64,000 bases of DNA from Lingula anatina (lineage: Eukaryota > Animalia > Brachiopoda): positions 19,738,534 to 19,802,533 of the forward strand of contig CM120644.1 of assembly GCA_051362555.1 (NCBI GenBank). The letters are read 5' to 3'. The notes under the pieces were generated by a model. The model searched no databases. It was not told where the DNA came from and saw only the letters and a list, made by a program, of their open reading frames with translations. The position numbers and the translations under genes were made by a program. Positions 24,988 to 37,794 of the stretch are shown here, piece by piece; the stretch's first letter is position 1; each line of letters starts with the position of its first letter.

Positions 24988-26788
24988 TTAATTGTTGAAA
25001 GATTCTTGTCACAAGTAACATTGAGTCCTGATTCCAAGGTTATTTTCCACATAATTTTTATTAGCCATTGTTACACTACTGTCTAACATTTTGCTGTGAA
25101 CCTGGACAGAGAGGCTGAAAATTGTTGGACGCCGGCCCCTTCATACTGCTTATGACGAGTGAACAGTTGTCAAAAACAAAAGACCCAGGTGTGGTAGTTC
25201 GACTACTGTTCATGCGTGCCGCAAAGACCAAACCTAACCTCAAGGTCACAAAACAATATCCGGTACTGACGGCTGGGCTCGTCATAATCATACAAGCGCG
25301 TTTCCACCGACTGCGGAACTACATGGGGGCAGCCATTTTCAGTAGGAACGCAGTATATAGTAGGCCGCAGCATTTACTGTCTGTCGGTTAAATGTGCACA
25401 ATGTTTACTTGAAATAGGGTAAATATACAAATTAATGCGAAAAACATTCGGGTCAGCAATTTCTTGTCTGGACCTGCAATATTCAGATCTAAGCAGGCCT
25501 TCATTGCCCTCAGAGTTTTCAGGAGCTAGTCGATCATTCGCTTGGATAAGGTGTTAGACTTATTCGAGGCTTGATATGTTTTTTCCAATGCTGAAATAGT
25601 GTTCGCAATTCAACTCGATCTCACCTTAGAAATATCCATTTGGATTCCATATGAACTTGTAGTTAACAATTCACCCAGTTTTGTACTGAGCAATGCATAA
25701 AGTTGTATTAGCAACCCCCTGTTTAAAATCTTGAATCCAGTCTTTCTATTGGATAATGTTAACTGTTGGTTACAGTGGACATATCTGATTGGTTGAAGTC
25801 ATTTCTCTACAATACTTCAGATGCCATAATTTAAAGATGTTATCTGCACAACCCACTGCATATAATTATCTGTTCTTCACTAAGCATAGGTAAACATGTA
25901 ACATGACATTCCATCAAGGTACATCTAGTTAGTTAAAAGACAAGAATTGATTTTATCAGTCAGTTTGTATCTGTCACACATGCCAGGCTGATTCTGTAGA
26001 TGATGTGATGAGTCATTCAATTAATTCAATTTATGAAACCCTTCAGCAGCCAGCATGCAGTTCAAAAGTAGGTTCTTTTTCTGAAAAGTTGACCTTTTAC
26101 CATGCAATCTTGATGTACTTATGTTAAATTTTTCCCAGAAGGAAATTTTTTTCCAAAAAAAGGGATCCCATGGACACACCCCCAGGGCCTGGCTACTGGG
26201 CCAGTTCAGGTTATTGACATTTATAAGTTATAGGTATTAAAACTTTATTCATGAACTCCCCCAAGGCGTGTTACTTTCAAAAAGGAGCAAGAATAGACTT
26301 TTTTGGTGTGTGCATGTGCATGTGGAATACTTTTTACTGTTTGTGACTACATTTTTGCCAGCTTTTCTGTTTCAAACATAATTTTTCTCTCTCAGCTTAT
26401 GTTAATTTTTGTCTTTCAGGTGAGTGTTCCAATAGGCCAGGGAAACACTACTTGAAAATAGCTGTAATATCAGCGAGCCACCACACCATTAAGACAGAGA
26501 TGGAAACACACCTACAATTAAGGTACCCCAACTTAAAATTTTGGAAGCTTTCTGACATGAAGGCATGCACTGATGATCATAAAACCAAGGAGTTATAACT
26601 CCTTGATAAAACCAACAGAGCTTGTGAAGAGTTAAAAAAAACATTAACTTCTTTTACCTGTTGTTAAAGAGAACACTTTGATTGCTTTTAGAATTTTTAA
26701 AACTCTTTGCTGATGTTGTTGAAATTATTATGCTGTTTGGTGTCTGTATATTTGCCAGTTTTGCTAATAAGTTTATTTTTCCCTTCAG

Positions 26789-26967
26789 AATTTTGGCTCA
26801 TTTCTTGTGGAAGTAGTAACCATGCAAGGACCAGACATTGTGGGTGTTTACTGAGGCTCTTGACGCCATCTTTGATGTGTTTGCAGATGATCATCTGGAC
26901 CTGTTGTCATGGAGATCAGGGTCACAAACAAACTCCAGACCTTATGGTACCACAGCAAATAGCTAAG
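26789..26967 (+). pseudogene. HEATR3: Orphan, frameshifted HEATR3-like exon
   Basis: CTTCAG/GTAAA-bounded segment reading NFGSFLVEVVT-/KDQTLWVFTEALDAIFDVFADDHLD-/VVMEIRVTNKLQT. It resembles the recalled HEATR3 C-terminal motif FLLEV..KD....EALDALFDVFAD. Confidence 0.65.
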
Positions 26968-28929
26968 GTAAAACTGTTCTCTGTGGTAATTATTTATTTA
27001 TTTATTTATTTAATGATCAATACAAATAAAGACATATAAGGAGCAGTTGCATTATATGCACAGTGGACAATATGAAAAAGCATCATGTTTTTTTTACAAA
27101 AATAATTCCTGCAATTGGGTATAAAATATTTTTGTTCACAGTGTAATGGTAATCTTTATTTTGAAACATTAATGAACGAAAATGGTAGATATCTTTTTAA
27201 GGAATATTGTGAAAAATTTCCAGATTAACAACAGATATGAGAAGCTTAGGAGACCACTTGACTATCAGCATAACAGGAAGAACAAATCTCATGTACTGTA
27301 CTTCATCAAATGCAAATCTTGACCAGTAGATTAACTTGGACATGTTTTTCTTCTTCAAAGTAACTTTAAACTCAGCAGTAATATGGATCAGAGAAATAAT
27401 TGGAGCGTACCACACCAAGTTCTGTAGTTTTCTGGTGTTCAGTCACTTTAATTTCAGGCAACACTGATATTTAGTATTAAGTTTTTCATTTTTTCCCCAC
27501 AACTTCTATCATGGTCCCATTGAATGATTCATGTGTTATCACAAGACACTGTTGTAAAATTCGTTTTTAGCCTTTTCTTTTAAAATTAAATATCAAAATG
27601 TGTGGGACTGTATTGTGTGTTTAAACTTTGACCCACTAACTGAGACAACCAAATGATTAAATTTCTTTTCAGTTTGCTCACCAGCAATATAATTTTTTTA
27701 TTATACTTTTGTGAGGCTTAAGTTGTTCAATTATTGTCTACACCACATTGAATTGGTTTGATTTGATTAAACTTTGTATAACACTCTAATAATCTAATAA
27801 ATTACATTGTTTTAAATGGGTGTAGATGTTAATAAAATATTTTTTTGTTAAACTCAAGATATAAAAATCATAAAACTTGTTGGAAATATAGATTATTAGT
27901 TTAATTTAACAGGTATAGATACATTGTATGGCAGTATTATATTCTATAAATAACATAGTTTTAGGATGGGCTGGATGTATAAAAAGAATTAATTCCTTAA
28001 CTTTTTTTATTTAACCATGGAGGGGGGATATATGGAACCTTTAATGATTCCAATGGCTTTCATTTGTTTTCTAGGTGAATTAAGATGGTTTGCTTATATT
28101 ACTTTTTTCAAAGCATTTGTTACAATATGTGTTAGTTTACTGTAACTTCAATTTTACCAACAAGTGCACATCATACAATGTAGTTTTGACATGTTTCATA
28201 GTCTTCTATTGCTGCATAAGAAGAAAGAAAGGAAAAGAAAGAACAACAAAACATTTGATTACACAAAATTAATATTTTATTGTAAAATTAAGAGAATGTC
28301 ATTTGAAGTTTGTTACTGGCTGCTACAGAAGCAATAGTAGTACAGCAATGATGACCCTGAAAAATAAGAAGATGAAAATATTAAAACATAATTTAGTTAA
28401 AATGTATTAGCTGTAAAAAGATGTTGACAGTAACTTTACAACCACCAGCTATCATATAATTACTGTACAGGTTTTACCAGCTGTTTGACATAGTGTACCT
28501 GTTAAAAACTGAAGGTTCACCTAGTTATGATGCCAAAAAAACAAGGAAACAAACAAAAGAACTTCCTTGTGACTGTGTAATGAATCTGTTCTTTTTTGAA
28601 ATGCTGTCAAATTTCTAAATATCAGGAGTGTTTAGATTTATTTAATAACAACAACAATAATAATAATAACCATTTATGTTCTTGATCTTTGTCTGAAGCA
28701 AGATGTAAAAAGACTTAAAAATCTTCTCCACCTAGATGGGCGTATGTCCTTGGGAGCTGAAATATAGGACACAATATTACCTTACTAATATGCAATAATA
28801 TATAACCTTCAATATGTAGTTAGTGTACCACATTATTTCATGCATGCAACTGTACTGAAAATCTTTTACAATTATTTAAAATAAACAAATTAGACAATTA
28901 AAACTACTTGAAAAAAATGCCATACACAT

Positions 28930-30630
28930 CAATACGCAGTGTGTGTGTGTGTGTGTGTGCACATGCTTGCAAGTTGCATGCACAATCACATTCCATCAGT
29001 GTAATAAATAAATCCCTATTCTATTGACCCTGATATCTTACCTCTCTCTTTCATGTCCTCTGTCACAGTTGTTATGTCATTGATACTGACTGAAGAAATA
29101 CAGGAAAACAAATTAAACATTCCATACATGTGCACAACAAAGATTCGATACATATTTAACACTGAAAGTCACACTGAAAGATTTAGATCACTAAACAGTG
29201 AATTTAAACTTGTTTGTGCATGAGAATCTCCACCCTAAAGTCCATCTGTGTGTTTACACTTTTTAAATGTGTTAAATGAATTCCTGTTAAATTGACCTTG
29301 CTGTCTTACCTTTTTCTTTGATGCCCTCAGCATGTGACAAACTCTTAGTGTCTTTGATATCAGCTAAAGAAAAATGATATCAAATAAAATTTTAACATTC
29401 TATATCTGTGCATGTTCAAACAGGATTTAGCATTACAATTTGTTGAAGACACATTCAAAGAATTAATTGGCTTTAAAAAAATAACAATCTTCTAAAGTAT
29501 ACTAAAGACCAGACTTTGCTTGAGCAACATGCTTGCAGTGTGTAATGAAGGTGTGTGTATGTGTGTTTGTTAGTGTATGTGTGTGTGCACACATGTTTCA
29601 TAAGTATATTAAAATTTATAATTATTCTACTGAGATTCCAGCCTTACCTAGCTTCTCAATACTTAGGGTCTTAACAATTGCTACATTGTTCTCTTCTTTA
29701 ATATCACCTGAAAGAATAGAATTGAATTGAATTTTAAAGACAACATTATGTGTGTTCAATCTTTACACAGCAAAAGCATTGATTTTTAAGAAGATAAAAT
29801 ATCTTCTTAAGTCTATCAAAGGCCAGATTTTGCTTGTGCAACATGTGTTCATGTACAGTACAAGTACAATATGTGTGTGTGTGTGTAAATGCACAATCAT
29901 ATATCACCAGTGTGATAAATAGATACTAATTCTATTGACCCTGCTGTCTTACCTCTCTCCTTCATTTCCTCTGTCAGGGTTGTTGTGTCTTTGACAACAA
30001 CTGAAGAAAAAAAAAATGGAACACAAAAAATTTAATGCCTCTCCACAACAAGAATTCAATACATTATTTTACTTAGTCAAAGACACGTTCAAAGATTTAA
30101 ATCACTGAACAGTGAATTTTAACTGTTTGAGCATGAGAATCTCCACCCTAAAGTCCATCTGTGTGTGTTTACACTTTTTAAGTTTGTTAAATGAATTCCT
30201 GTTAAAATGCCCTTACTGTCTTACCTTTTTCTGTGATGCCCTCAGCATTTGACACACTCTTTGTGTCTTTGTTATCGGCTAAAGAAAAAATTAAATCAAA
30301 TAAAAACTTCTATATCTGTGCATGTTCAAATAGGATTATGTATCACAATTTGTTGAAGAGACATTCAAAGATTTAATTGATTTAAAAATAAATAAAATTT
30401 CTTAAGTATACTAAAGACCAAAGTAAGCTTGAGCAGCATGCTTGCAGTGTGTAATGAAGGTGTGTGTATGTGTGTTTGTTAGTGTATGTGTGAGTGCACA
30501 CGTTTCATAAGTATATTAAAATTATTTTACTGAGATTCCAGCCTTACCTAGCTCCCCAATACTTTGGGTGGTAACAATTGCTACATTGTTCTCTTCTTTG
30601 GTGTCGCCTGAAAGAACAGAATTGAATTTA
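28930..30630. repeat. ~0.9-kb tandem duplication carrying three micro-exons per unit
   Basis: Exon and intron sequences at 29042-29730 are repeated at 29953-30630, e.g. GCATGAGAATCTCCACCCTAAAGTCCATCTGTGTGT. Confidence 0.88.
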
Positions 30631-31104
30631 AAGGAATACCAAACATGTTTACCCTGAGTGTCAGAGCAACGTGAAAGTTAGTTTGTTTCATATTTAATAT
30701 ACCTTGGAGTCACTTTTGCGACATGGGTTATATATATGAAATCAAGATCGAGCTGGCAATACCGGAATCTAGAACCTAGGGTAAGCATGTTCAGCAAGCG
30801 CATTAATTTTTCTGAAGATAAAGTTTCTACTTAAGTTTGTTAAAAGAGCAGACATACATGTACTGTGCAACATAGTGCGCATGTTCATGTGTGTAGTCAT
30901 AATTATTTTACTGAAATTCCAGTCTTATCTATCTCTTTAGTGTTAGGATTCTTTACAATTGTTACTCTTACTATGTTGGTATCAGCTGAAACATGAGAAT
31001 TGAATTGAAATCTAAGGAAACACAATACATGTATTAACCCATTACAGTGACGTCATATTTGCTCCGTAACACTAGTCCTGCGACCATTCTGGAGGGAGAG
31101 AAAA

Positions 31105-33590
31105 ATGGCGAACGGTAGCGTTAGAATGGGTGAGCAAAGTGAAACTAAAGAACCTTCGTATCCCAACTGCTTAGGACAAAAAGAACGGGATAGGTATGAC
31201 GATAAACTTACACTGATCAACGGGAGCGACCCATATGAGATCAATTCTTGGACAAATGATGTGAAATTGCTGCCTAATGTTACGTACCCCGACATTGTGA
31301 ACTATCTGGTATTCAGCAAAAGTCCATACACGGCAGAGGATTTGAAAAGCTACAAGAGTTTAACAGCTTATACTCAGTTTGTGTCCGGATGGGTGAGGGA
31401 GTTGTGTACAGTGGTGATTGAACATCGGCATGTTGTAAAAGCTAAGGTAAGTTTGTTGGTGTAATCTCAATTGTACCATGCTCTTAAACATCCATTCATG
31501 CACAAATTGAAACTTTTTACTGACACACATGCACTGTTACCTATCTGTTTTAGCTGTGTACTCCAACTACAATATATACTCCCTAACCAGTAAAGATTTT
31601 TCCTTTTACTGTAAATATTGACAATGAACATCGCTAGGAAACATTTCTGATTAGAGTGCTAATATCATTTTTACATTCATAATTGGTGAAGACTTTTTGA
31701 ATATAACAGTTTTTTTTTCTGTGTAGAAATGGGTAGTATTAACACAAAAATGTTGTGACACCAAGATTCTATTAATTATAACCCACTCACATAAACAGGG
31801 GTCAAAACATTATTGTAAATAATGTTTTTTTGTCTGTTATTTTACTTCAAAACAAGTTTTAAGTTCCTTTCTTTTTTCACTTATCTGCAACATTACATTT
31901 TAACAGGTACTTCACTCACAGCGATTGAGAGAAAAGCCCTTAACCCCCTGGGTCAGGGCCGTAGCCTGAGCAAAATGCCAGGGGGGGCAGTAAGCGGACA
32001 CGAGGGGGCGAAGCTACCATGGGGGGTGGGTATGGTATGTAAAATTCCAAATTCCAGGGGGGGCAGCTGCCCCCCCTGCCCCCCCGGAGGCTACGGCCCT
32101 GCTGGGTTATAACTGAGAAAGATGGCAATGTAAAAGCAGCCCACTGTAATTGCATGGCTGGACTAGGGGAAGCATGTACCCACATTGGAGCCCTACTTTT
32201 TGCTGTAGAAGGTACAGTCAAGCTTAGAAATTCAAAGACGGTAACCCAGGAAGCTGCATATTGGAAGACGCCTTCATCTACACCTGTTCCATATAGTGAG
32301 GTGAGGGAAATTGACTTCACAGCAGCAAAGACACACAGGAAAAGAATGATGAGCTCTGCCGAATGCACCCCTGAACCTGCTGCTCTGACAACACCGCCCA
32401 CAGTGCCACAACCAACAAATGAAGATCTAGAGGGTTTTTTCAAGAACTTGCCAGCAGTCAAAACAAAGTAGCTATTTTGTCAGTCATTGGTGCCCACAAT
32501 GATAGCTACGTATGTACCTATATCAGCCAGTGACTGTTTCCCAAAGCCTCTTACTGAACTGCGGGATGATAATGCTGTTGGACTAGGTTACAGTGAACTG
32601 ATTAAGTACTGTCATGGTGTAGACACCAGTGTCACGGCAGAGCAAGCTGACAGTGTGGAAAGAGCTACCAAGGTTCAGTCTCAGACAAAGACATGGTTCA
32701 ATTTTCGCGCAGGCAGAGTCACCGCCTCAAAGATGAGAGAAGCATGCCATACAGACCCCTTAAACCCCTCCCAAAGCTTGGTGAAAAGGATATGTTATCC
32801 AAGGGAGAAACAGTTTCAAACATCTGCCACAAAATGGGGATCTACATGTACTCATGAACAAACTGCCAGGGAAGCACTGTTGTCGTAACTACAAAAGCAC
32901 CACCAGAATGTTGTTATTGAAGATAGTGGCCTTGTCATCTCTCCTGAACACCCTTACATTGCAGCATCCCCTGATGGCATTGTGCGGTGTGATTGCTGTG
33001 GCGAAAGTTGCCTAGAAATTAAATGTCCTTTTTCCTTAAAAGACAAAAAACTATCAAAAACTCAGCACTCAAATTCTTACTTGAAGCCAGCAGAAGATGG
33101 GACTTTGACTGTGGACAGGAAACACCCATGCTACTACCAAATGCAGACTCAGATGGGCGTTACAAAGTTGGATGCATGCTATTTTGTAGTGTGGACTTTA
33201 CGTGATATTCATGTAGAAGTTGTTAACTTTGATGTAGATCTGTGGGACACAATTTGTTTGAAGTCGAAGACATTGTTTGAACAGGCCATATTACCTGAAC
33301 TGGTAGGGAAGTTTTATTCCACATTAAGCAGCCAACCAGTCTCCCCATGTGTTGATGACAGCCCTAGGAATTGTAATACAGCTGCTAGTGAAATATGGTA
33401 TTACTGTGGCCAGGGAGAATTCGGGCGGATGATTGCATGTGAAAATGAAAACTGCAAAATTGCATGGTTTCACTTTCCTTGTGTAAAGATCTCAAGTGCT
33501 CCCAAGGGAAAATGGTTTTGTGCAGATTGCAGAAAAGAAAATTCTCGTAAAAGGAGAAGAGTCACTAACCCTTGTTCAAAAAGGAGGTAA
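31105..33590 (+). pseudogene. SWIM Zn finger - YqaJ (lambda-exonuclease-like) - PHD finger protein
   Basis: Exon 1 31105-31446; exon 2 from 31907. Motifs HCNCMAGLGEACTH; WFNFRAGRVTAS; ASPDG...CLEIKCP; YYQMQTQM; MIACENENCKIAWFHFPC...KWFCADC. Disrupted by a MITE and by frameshifts near 32470 and 32850. Confidence 0.88.
31954..32101. mobile_element. MITE inserted in the YqaJ gene exon
   Basis: Perfect 13-bp TIR CAGGGCCGTAGCC / GGCTACGGCCCTG. CTGGGT duplicated at 31948-31953 and 32102-32107. Removing it restores KPLTPWVITEKDG. Confidence 0.9.
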
Positions 33591-34745
33591 ATGTCAAAGA
33601 TGACATGTAAGAAATTGAAGACTAGCTCTTAACAGGTCTTGTCAGCATGTGCAAGTGTTGTCTACTCTGAACTGTAATGTTTATATGCAGGAACGAGTTC
33701 AATTTATGAATTTGATCTTTACCATAGTTTACACTGTTAAAAAAGCTCTGAAGCTAATTTTTCTCCTAATCGACAGTTGAACAGCAATATCAAATTGGAT
33801 GTTTATTCTGATTAGAATAATGCCTCAGAACATTGTACCTAACGTTTGCTTATGTTTTACTGGGTATCTATATCACTGTTCCGAGTCAAGTGGAGGGAGA
33901 TTTTATTTCTCTCAAACTGAAGCCCTGCATGCCTGGACTGAAGTAATTCTAACAGGGCATCGTGATATTGTCCTTAGGATAATTTTTCTTGACACATGAA
34001 TAAATTATTTGTCTACAAGAAGGTGCTAGAATGTATATTTTAATAGAACACTGGTTGAAGACTATGCTGCTGTATATAATGCATTATCTGTTAGTTATCT
34101 GTCTAGTTAAGGGTCTAATAGTTCATTAATTTTAAAGATATAATGGGAGCATTTTTTGTCTGTATCTGTGTTAGAAAGTATTTTTATGATCTTGTAAGTT
34201 GTGTTTTGTTATTTGTGTAATAGGAAAATTAAATGAAATAAGTTGTAATGCTTCATCATTAGTTCTAGACATGCTAATTTAATCTTATTATTATTGTAAT
34301 CAGTAAATTAATTTTTTCACACTTATTTGACTTTTTTTTTAAATGTTGTCATGCATGGAAACTGGTGCAAATTAACAATAAAAAGGTCACAATTCAATCT
34401 TTATTATATCTTCATTCATTTACTTAAAAAACTGAGAATATTGCACAATTCACATGAATAAAAGGTGTTGCCAAGCAACCCATATTCAATATATATGGCC
34501 ATCAAAATTGCACAATTCTAAGACAGCTGCCACAACCATTTCCTTCTGAATGATTACACTGCTGAGAAAAATAATATTTTTTAAATGATACACTTTATAA
34601 ATATCCACAGATTGCACGAGCAAATAAAAACATAATGGAGTAAAAATGCATAAAGAAAGCTTTTTTTCAGTGCTACCCAGAATAAATATGCATGGACATG
34701 TACAAATGATTTCTGTGAATACAATTTCAGTAAGGACCTTTCAAA

Positions 34746-35636
34746 TTAGTTGAAATCAACAATTGGCGGGCACAAATTAACCAATGCACAACAAACATGA
34801 GCTATTTTGTCAATTAGAGGCAGACCCCCATTTCTACATATTAAAAAATCAATAGGAAGTGTACTCTCTAAAATGGTGTATTTCTGGCGCACTAATCCAA
34901 TAACCCTTTCGACATGTATCCTAAGGTGTGCAAGATTTCTTGTGTTTTCTACATCAAGTGGTGCTAGTTGATTTCTTCCCTTTGTAAATGCTGGGATTCT
35001 GACCTCAGCACACATGCTCCCTACACTGTCAGCAATGTCAAAACCCCGATCTGCTAGAATCAAATCGCCAGGGAGAATCTTGTCCAAAAACCCGCTATTT
35101 TCAGCCTTTGATAAAAATGATACAGTGCCCTGAGGTGTGACGCCCAGGAGAAACTTGATGGTATTATGATGTTTATATGAAGAAAATGTCTGGCTCCTAG
35201 GTTTGACATTGGAAGGCTTCTCAATAAAAACTTCAAAGCAATCAATAATCACTGCACGTTTTCTACCACAATACTTCCTAAATTGCATGGGCATAGTTTT
35301 CCTTAAACTATCCCTGTCAGGCCACATTACCAGAGGTTTGAAACGTACATACATTATGTCAATCACTATTGCAAAAAGCCTTGAAACAGTAGCGACTGAC
35401 ACTTTGAACTCATATGCAAGATATCTACCAGGGAGGTTTAATCTCAGTTTCATCAAAGTCATGATAAACATCTGGAATTTTGTCAAAATAGAGTTGTTCG
35501 GCAAATACTCTTCAAGTTGGCGGAAAATGATCATCAACATAACAAAATTTGGAACACCAGTATAATACAGAACCTTGTCATCATTTCCCTTAAATTCCTC
35601 TTCAGACAAATGTTTTTCACTAATATTTTCTTTCAA
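34746..35636 (-). pseudogene. Harbinger/ISL2EU DDE transposase (N-terminus missing, short internal in-frame deletion)
   Basis: YYTG, LMKLRLN...LAYEFKVS (HTH), [28 protein letters not shown]. The usual WGGRxSD segment after SFLSKA is absent. Confidence 0.88.
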
Positions 35637-37794
35637 GCCAATGTCTTCAGTTCTTAGAGTCTGGAGTTCTGGGCTCCGTATCTCGAAAGGTTCGCTATGT
35701 CGTGCACGAGCCTTAGTGTCTCGATTCCATAACCGATTCTATTTCGAGATACGGGGCCATGGAATCGAGACACTTGCGCACGTGCAAGTCCAGTCAGACC
35801 CAGGGTGGTAAGGCTGAATGAATTATGAATGAATAAATAACTTGATAATATGTTAATGTCTAAAATGAAAAATAAAATGTTTATAAATATATACAATAAC
35901 TGATAAATCAAATACACTAGAGAAATGAATGAAGGTATAAATAAATACTTCAACATGTTGGATTTTAAATTTTCTATTTAAATTTCAAAGAAAATCATTT
36001 TTACCTTAGATTATCATTTTTGTAAAAAGATATAATACTAACATTTTTTGGCTTGATGAATTTCCATTCCATTTTAGAGCCCTTTGGCAGGGGAAACTCT
36101 GCCCTTAGAGATGGGACACCCATGCTGGTTGTCCTTGGCATGTTAATGCCGCGCTGGGTGTCCCAGCCTCCAAGGGCAGTTCCCCTGCCCACCACTTTTG
36201 CTTTCAACAGGTTTTCTCTCAAAATTAGTCTGACAGTGGCTTTGGCTGTTCAAAATAAAAAGTGAAATAGAAAGAAATCCTATCAATATATCTTTTTGAT
36301 ATTTCCACTACAGATATTCAAATTGACCACTTAATTAATGTAAATAAAGAATGGGATATCTTACTTTCATATTACAAAGAAATTAATTAGTTATTTTAGG
36401 CCCATAGTAAGGAATTGCCAGCCCATTTATCAAAAACATACAGTCAAACACACACACACACACACACACACGTACACAACTTACGAGCACACTGTTCTTT
36501 TTTGTTTATTTCAATCTCCATATCAGCTGTCATCTGCAATATGTAAAATAAATAAATGAAATCTTAGTTAAACAAGATACAAATAATAGATTTCTGCATC
36601 CTCATTTGATTGTTTTTGTAAAAAAAAAAAAAAACATTTGCACCATTACAAGAATGATTCTCAAAACGTCTATGTGACAAGAAATTTTCAAGAATTTCAT
36701 TTCGAATGTTAAATAATCATAAAAAAAATCATGACCAACACCTTACTTAAAACTTGATACGGTTTTTCAGTTTGGAATAAAAAAAAATCTTACCAGCGAT
36801 TGTGTAGATCTAGACATTGTCTCTTTTTGCTTTGTTTCAGTTTACAAAACAAAAAATAAGAATAATTATTGTATAAAGGAATTTCATTGGACGGCTCCTG
36901 TATTGTTTCCATAACTTTCAACCAATCATATTGACGCTTCGTTGAAGCTCTCGACCTTGAGTCTTTTTGCTAAATACAAATTACAATATTATATCACAAT
37001 ATATAATACAATGCCTGGACCCTGGTAATTTCTGTTGTAGTGCCAGAACCCTCTCCCTCCTTCCACGAGTTTCTTAGAAAGCAGGCGGTGAACCTGTTGC
37101 TGATACTGGCTGCAGTCCATTACAAATCCAAAGTCTCACCTCTTGCACATCGCCATCTATACTAATCAATGTTTATAAATATGGCGTATAAGGCAAAGGG
37201 TGATGCCGAAAAGCCGAATTTTCATCAAATGTTCTGTACACTAAGTGACATCTTCCACCAGGACACTTTTCTAAGATGGTTCTGTTATAGATTCTTTCGG
37301 CAAACTTAATCGGTGAGTTCAGGATGAGACATCTGAAGTGAAGGACACATATGGTATTGACTGTGTCAGTTGTTCACTGTTCACATCACGATGCAATGTG
37401 CTTGTGAAGATTTTACAATATGTGCTACAGAATATTGACGTGCAGATAAAAAGTGCTTTTGGAGAACTGACAAGATTGCACACCGTCATCTACTTCAAGT
37501 TTTGCCATTCCCTTTTCATCTGTAGTTTTGCATTGGCTTATGAAGGTAAGATAATTAACTGGAGAACTGATGTTGTATCTGATTTATAAGTAGACCTTTT
37601 TCCTTCTCAGCCTTGACTTACAACAACGCGTTATTTTGTAAGTTTTTTATATTTATTTCTTCACAGTTAATGTGATGTACACATGTAGAAAACTTACTAA
37701 ATTACTCTAATATTCTGGATCTTAAAGAAAAAGCTTCAGATCACTGACCTTTTTTTGTCTTTTCCAGTCCATCATCTGACTCCACACTACACTG

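Larger units (their letters stand above)
31035..35670. mobile_element. ISL2EU-type (PIF/Harbinger-related) DNA transposon, right end deleted
   Basis: Two convergent genes: SWIM-YqaJ-PHD (+) and HTH + DDE transposase (-). Left boundary is approximate, placed where host-intron similarity ends. Confidence 0.82.
28674..36533 (-). pseudogene. CBM20-like domain + micro-exon repeat gene, interrupted by an ISL2EU-type transposon
   Basis: Exons: 36533-36485 (ATG); 36245-36043 (KVVGRGTALGGWD...LPKGSKMEWKF); 35813-35790 (truncated); phase-1 micro-exons 30985-30929, 30607-30548, 30278-30225, 30000-29953, 29707-29648, 29363-29310, 29089-29042; last coding exon 28756-28674. Probable UTR exons at ~36850-36794 and 28356-~28270. 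Confidence 0.7.

Noticed and set aside
37050-37546. Exon-like, Cys-containing segment ending in a GTAAGA donor
   Set aside because: Stops in all frames and no family recognised; may be a decayed exon, but I cannot support a call.
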